The notes under the pieces were generated by a model, which saw only the letters and a list, made by a program, of their open reading frames with translations, was not told where the DNA came from and searched no databases. A program made the position numbers and the translations under genes. A stretch of 64,000 nucleotides of DNA from Candidatus Omnitrophota bacterium (GTDB taxonomy: Bacteria; Omnitrophota; Gorgyraeia; Gygaellales; Profunditerraquicolaceae), in contig JAUSED010000003.1 of the NCBI GenBank assembly GCA_030650425.1, positions 263,903 to 327,902 of the forward strand. The letters run 5' to 3'. Shown piece after piece: positions 60,098-64,000 of the stretch. Numbering within the stretch: the stretch's first letter is position 1; each line of letters begins with the position of its first letter.

Positions 60098-61360
60098 ATG
60101 AGGAACGAGAATTATTTTAAGGGCAAAATAGTTTTGATCGTTGGTTTTGGCCGCAGCGGCTTGGCTTCAGCAAACCTTCTTGATGCATTAGGCGCGCAGG
60201 TCTACCTAACCGATAATCAGGATAATCACTCTACGCGTCTAGCCCTCTCCAAATTAAAATCAAAAGAGATAAAAGTCGAATTAGGGAAGCATTCGCGGGA
60301 TTTTGTTAAGGGGAAAGATCTGGTGATTATCTCTCCGGGAGTTTCCAATCAGGCCTTGCCTATTGTTTGGGCTAAGGAAGAGAATATCCCCGTAATCAGC
60401 GAGATTGAATTAGCCTGGATTTTGTGCCCAGCGGAGGTTATCGCGATAACCGGCACTAACGGCAAGACTACCGTTACGACCTTAATCGGTAAGGCGCTTC
60501 AGAAAGCAGGGAAGAGGGCATTTGTCTGCGGAAATATCGGGAATCCTTTTTGCTCAGAGGTGGAGAGAATGAATTCCGGTGATTTTGTCTCACTTGAAAT
60601 AAGTTCTTTTCAGCTGGAGAATATCAATGCATTTAAGCCGAAGATCTCGGTTATCCTTAATCTAAGCCGCAATCACCTTGATCGCTATAAAGATATACGT
60701 GAGTATCTTACGGCTAAAAAGCATATATTTAAAAATCAAGATCTTTCAGATTATTTGGTCCTAAATTATGATGACCCGGTTATCCGCTCTTTGGCTAAAG
60801 AGGCAAAGGCAAAAGTTGTTTACTTCCGTAAAGAGGCTGGTTTAAATCCCAACGAGCAAGCGGTGTTGGCAGTAACCTCCATATTGGGTATAGATAGAGA
60901 TTTGGCCTTGCAGGTTTTTAAGGAATTCAAGGGTGTTGAGCATCGCTTGGAAGAGGTGCGCAAAGTTAACGGGGTGAGGTTTATTAATGATTCCAAATCT
61001 ACGACACCTGAGGCTACTCTCTGGGCCCTGAATAATTTAAGCGAACCTTTAGTTTTAATTGCCGGAGGAAGAGAAAAAGGGAATGATTATAGTTTAGTGT
61101 TGGAATTAGGGCGTAAAAAAATCAAAGCCGCGATTGTTATCGGAGAGGCGAAAGAAAAAATAAAGCAAGCCCTTAGCGCCGCGATTGAGGTGGAGGAGGC
61201 TCTAACCTTAGACGAAGCGGTAAGCAAGGCGATTAGGCTAGCGCGCTCAGGAGATTGCGTTTTATTCTCGCCTATGTGCAAAAGTTTTGATATGTTTTCT
61301 AACTTTGAAGAAAGAGGAATGGCCTTTAAGGCCCTAGTCTCTAATTTACCCGGAGCCTAA
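60098..61360 (+). CDS. murD: UDP-N-acetylmuramoylalanine--D-glutamate ligase
   Basis: 420 aa. Rossmann N-domain (GFGRSG) and P-loop ITGTNGKTT. Confidence 0.9.
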   Translation: MRNENYFKGKIVLIVGFGRSGLASANLLDALGAQVYLTDNQDNHSTRLALSKLKSKEIKVELGKHSRDFVKGKDLVIISPGVSNQALPIVWAKEENIPVISEIELAWILCPAEVIAITGTNGKTTVTTLIGKALQKAGKRAFVCGNIGNPFCSEVERMNSGDFVSLEISSFQLENINAFKPKISVILNLSRNHLDRYKDIREYLTAKKHIFKNQDLSDYLVLNYDDPVIRSLAKEAKAKVVYFRKEAGLNPNEQAVLAVTSILGIDRDLALQVFKEFKGVEHRLEEVRKVNGVRFINDSKSTTPEATLWALNNLSEPLVLIAGGREKGNDYSLVLELGRKKIKAAIVIGEAKEKIKQALSAAIEVEEALTLDEAVSKAIRLARSGDCVLFSPMCKSFDMFSNFEERGMAFKALVSNLPGA

Positions 61361-61363
61361 CCT

Positions 61364-62458
61364 ATGGTTCGTAATATCAGGATCAGTTTATTTACCGTCG
61401 CGGTCATCCTTATTAGTATAGGAGTGGTAATGATTTACAGTTCTTCCAGTATTTACGCCTGGGAGAGATATAAGGATGGATTCTTTTTTTTAAAGCGGCA
61501 CCTTAGCTTTATGCTTATAGGGACAATCTTGACTTTTTTCTTCATGAGCATTGATTACCATAAGCTTAGACAGATTGCCAGGCCCTTATTAATCATTTCA
61601 ATTATTTTATTGGTTCTAGTTTTGATTCCCGGCTTAGGCAGGGAAGTAAGCGGGGCGCGCAGATGGTTTAGATTTAAATTTTTGAGTTTTCAGCCCTCAG
61701 AGCTGGCAGGCTTAGCTATAATTATCTATCTTGCTGATTTTATCTCCCGTAAGGGCAACTCGATCAAGACTTTTTTAAAGGGATTTCTTCCGCCGATTGG
61801 TATTTTGGGGTTTTGTTCCGGGTTGATCCTTATCCAGCCGGATTTAGGAAGTACAGTAGCTATAGGCGCGGTGGTTTTGGTTATGCTTTTTGTGGCGGGA
61901 GTGCGGCCTATTTATATAGTATCTTTAATCTTAAGCAGCCTGCCGGCGCTGTATATATTGATATTTCATGTAGCTTATCGCAGGGCGCGCATTTTAGCTT
62001 TTTTAAATCCTTGGGCAGATCCTAAAGGCAGCGGTTTTCAGATCATTCAGTCGCAGTTAGCTTTGGGTTCCGGCGGGCTGTTCGGGGTGGGGCTTGGGCA
62101 TTCCAAGCAAAAATTATTTTATCTTCCCGCCGCGCATACGGATTTTATTTTTTCAATAATCGGAGAAGAGCTGGGATTATTAGGGACGGTGGGAGTGATT
62201 ATCTTATTTATTATTTTTATTCAGCAGGGGATCAAGGTGGTTAAGAATACGCCGGATAAATTCGGCTATTTCCTTGCCTTGGGGCTGGTGACGATGATCG
62301 CATTTAGGGCAGTGATCAATATAGGAGTATCCTGTGGTGTATTGCCTACCAAAGGTCTCCCCTTACCGTTTATTAGCTATGGGGGGTCTTCATTTATCTT
62401 TGATATGATCAGCGTGGGGATATTGGTCAATATCGCGCGCACCGGAGAATACCCATAA
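61364..62458 (+). CDS. ftsW: SEDS-family peptidoglycan glycosyltransferase FtsW
   Basis: 364 aa. ~10 TM helices and a conserved PEL/GLG region. dcw position between murD and murG. Confidence 0.9.
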   Translation: MVRNIRISLFTVAVILISIGVVMIYSSSSIYAWERYKDGFFFLKRHLSFMLIGTILTFFFMSIDYHKLRQIARPLLIISIILLVLVLIPGLGREVSGARRWFRFKFLSFQPSELAGLAIIIYLADFISRKGNSIKTFLKGFLPPIGILGFCSGLILIQPDLGSTVAIGAVVLVMLFVAGVRPIYIVSLILSSLPALYILIFHVAYRRARILAFLNPWADPKGSGFQIIQSQLALGSGGLFGVGLGHSKQKLFYLPAAHTDFIFSIIGEELGLLGTVGVIILFIIFIQQGIKVVKNTPDKFGYFLALGLVTMIAFRAVINIGVSCGVLPTKGLPLPFISYGGSSFIFDMISVGILVNIARTGEYP

Positions 62459-63540
62459 TGAAAGTCTTAGTAGCCACAGGCGCAAGCGGCGGGCATATAT
62501 TTCCCGCGGTAAGCTTTATCGACGCCCTAGAAACAAAGCACAAGGGAACAGATACGCTTTTAGTCCTTCCTAAAAGAGGCATTGGCTCAGGAATCCTGCT
62601 TGCGGATTGTAAGATAAAATATATTTCTACTTCCACCATAACTTTTAGTATTAGTACCGCTAATTTTATCGCAATAGTGAGATTCCTCAAAGGAACATGG
62701 GAAAGTTTAATGATAATTCTTGAATTTAAACCGGATATTGTGGTTGGTTTTGGAAGCCTGGATTCTATTCCCTGTTTATTGATTGCCTGGCTTTTCAGAA
62801 TTAAGACATTGATCCACGAGCAGAATGTTTTACCCGGAAGGGCAAACAGGTTATTGGCGCATTTTTGCGATCGGGTTGCCGTTTCTTTTGTCAAGACTAA
62901 AGATTACCTGAATATAAATCAGAAAAAGATAGTGGTTACGGGTAACCCTTTGCTCCGGCAGCTAAAAAAGATTGATCGAAACACGGCGTTAGATAGCTTT
63001 AGTTTAAGCAAAGATAAATTTACGGTTTTAGTTATGGGTGGTAGTCAAGGGAGCCGGCATATTAATAGCGGATTCCTTAACGCGGTAGCAAATTTAAGCG
63101 ATATTTCGATGATACAGGTTATTCATTTGGCCGGTGTTGGCGAGGTTAGAGAGGTGAAAGAAGTGTACAAAAATATAAACCTAAACCATAGGGTATATGA
63201 TTTTTTAGAGAATATGGGAGAGGCTTATAGCGCTAGCGATATAGTTATATCGCGCGCAGGCGCAACTACCATAGCGGAGTTGATATCTTTTAAACTCCCG
63301 GGGATAGTCTCCCCTTATCCTTATGCGTATGCGCATCAGTTCGAGAATGCCAAAGTTTTAGGAGATAGGGGATGTGTGATTATTATAAATGATGATCAAT
63401 TGGAAAAGGAAGTATTTAAGATTACCCTGGAAACACTTATAAATAACCGTGATAAATTAGAGAGTATGCGTTCGGGTTATAGCGGTTTATCCATGGATGG
63501 CGCGGCAAATTTATTAGCGGATGCGGTGTTAGCGTTATGA
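62458..63540 (+). CDS. murG: undecaprenyldiphospho-muramoylpentapeptide beta-N-acetylglucosaminyltransferase
   Basis: 360 aa. GT28 with N-terminal GGHIFPA and C-terminal GGSQGS motifs. Confidence 0.9.
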   Translation: MKVLVATGASGGHIFPAVSFIDALETKHKGTDTLLVLPKRGIGSGILLADCKIKYISTSTITFSISTANFIAIVRFLKGTWESLMIILEFKPDIVVGFGSLDSIPCLLIAWLFRIKTLIHEQNVLPGRANRLLAHFCDRVAVSFVKTKDYLNINQKKIVVTGNPLLRQLKKIDRNTALDSFSLSKDKFTVLVMGGSQGSRHINSGFLNAVANLSDISMIQVIHLAGVGEVREVKEVYKNINLNHRVYDFLENMGEAYSASDIVISRAGATTIAELISFKLPGIVSPYPYAYAHQFENAKVLGDRGCVIIINDDQLEKEVFKITLETLINNRDKLESMRSGYSGLSMDGAANLLADAVLAL

Positions 63541-64000
63541 AAAAACATTACCATTTAATCGGTATAGGCGGAATTGGAATGAGCGGGATTGCCCAGCTGC
63601 TTTTAGCCTGTGGATACAAAGTGAGCGGATCGGACCTGAAAGAGAGCCGGATTACCGCGGGGTTAAAAAAATCCGGAGCAGAGATCTTTATCGGACATAG
63701 TGCCGGGAATATAGCCGGAGCAGAGGCGGTGGTTTATTCATCGGCAATAAGAGAAGACAACCCTGAAGTTGTAGAAGCAAGAAATTTGGGCCTGCCAGTG
63801 GTTAAGCGGGCGCAGGCCTTGGCTTCTCTTATGGAGAATAAAACCGTAATTACAATCGCCGGGAGCCACGGAAAAACTACCACCACATCTTTAGTTTCGT
63901 ATTTATTGCTGGAAGCCGGGCTTTTTCCCACGGTAGCCATTGGCGGAATCCTTAAGAATATAGCCACTAACGCCTGTCTGGGCAACGGTAAATTCTTTGT
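63537..64000 (+). CDS. murC: UDP-N-acetylmuramate--L-alanine ligase (5' partial, runs off the window)
   Basis: HYHLIGIGGIGMSGIAQLL start and P-loop IAGSHGKTTTT. ATG overlaps the murG TGA. Confidence 0.9.
   Translation, partial: MKKHYHLIGIGGIGMSGIAQLLLACGYKVSGSDLKESRITAGLKKSGAEIFIGHSAGNIAGAEAVVYSSAIREDNPEVVEARNLGLPVVKRAQALASLMENKTVITIAGSHGKTTTTSLVSYLLLEAGLFPTVAIGGILKNIATNACLGNGKFF

Overview
This 64-kb window is an ordinary chromosomal housekeeping region from a moderately AT-rich bacterium, probably an uncultivated or candidate-phylum lineage. Almost every gene is on the + strand; only rpmB and the cinA-like gene are on -.

Gene content from 5' to 3':
- glgA-coaE-rho-rpmE-prfA-prmC-murA.
- A trpG-D-C-F-B-A operon with no trpE; trpG overlaps the murA stop as ATGA.
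- An M16 peptidase and a DUF21/CBS protein.
- A small zinc-ribbon protein, rsfS, argS, recJ and rpmB.
- A single-chain UvrD-helicase/Cas4-like Fe-S nuclease.
- Two small hypothetical proteins.
- rpsO-pnp-ftsK-rodZ-rimO-pgsA-pgpA.
- An FMN-riboswitch-controlled rib operon (ribBA-ribH-nusB-PHP-ribD-ribE).
- A 6.5-kb giant ORF (2159 aa; N-terminal signal peptide and an embedded CheY-like receiver domain, otherwise unrecognisable).
- tRNA-Pro(CGG), acyP and ligA.
- A lipoprotein gene with a 4x heptamer tract.
- An MBL-hydrolase/UbiE/UbiA-like/radical-SAM-SPASM cluster.
- xer, cca, rbfA-nrnA and ribF.
- The division/cell-wall cluster mraZ-rsmH-ftsL-ftsI-murE-murF-mraY-murD-ftsW-murG-murC (murC partial).

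No CRISPR, rRNA, transposase or prophage signatures were seen.

The most unusual material is the giant ORF and a family of GGGGACA / GGACAyTT-core palindromic elements. These lie just upstream of the giant gene, twice inside its 5' coding region (in different reading frames), downstream of it, between ribD and ribE, and between nrnA and ribF.
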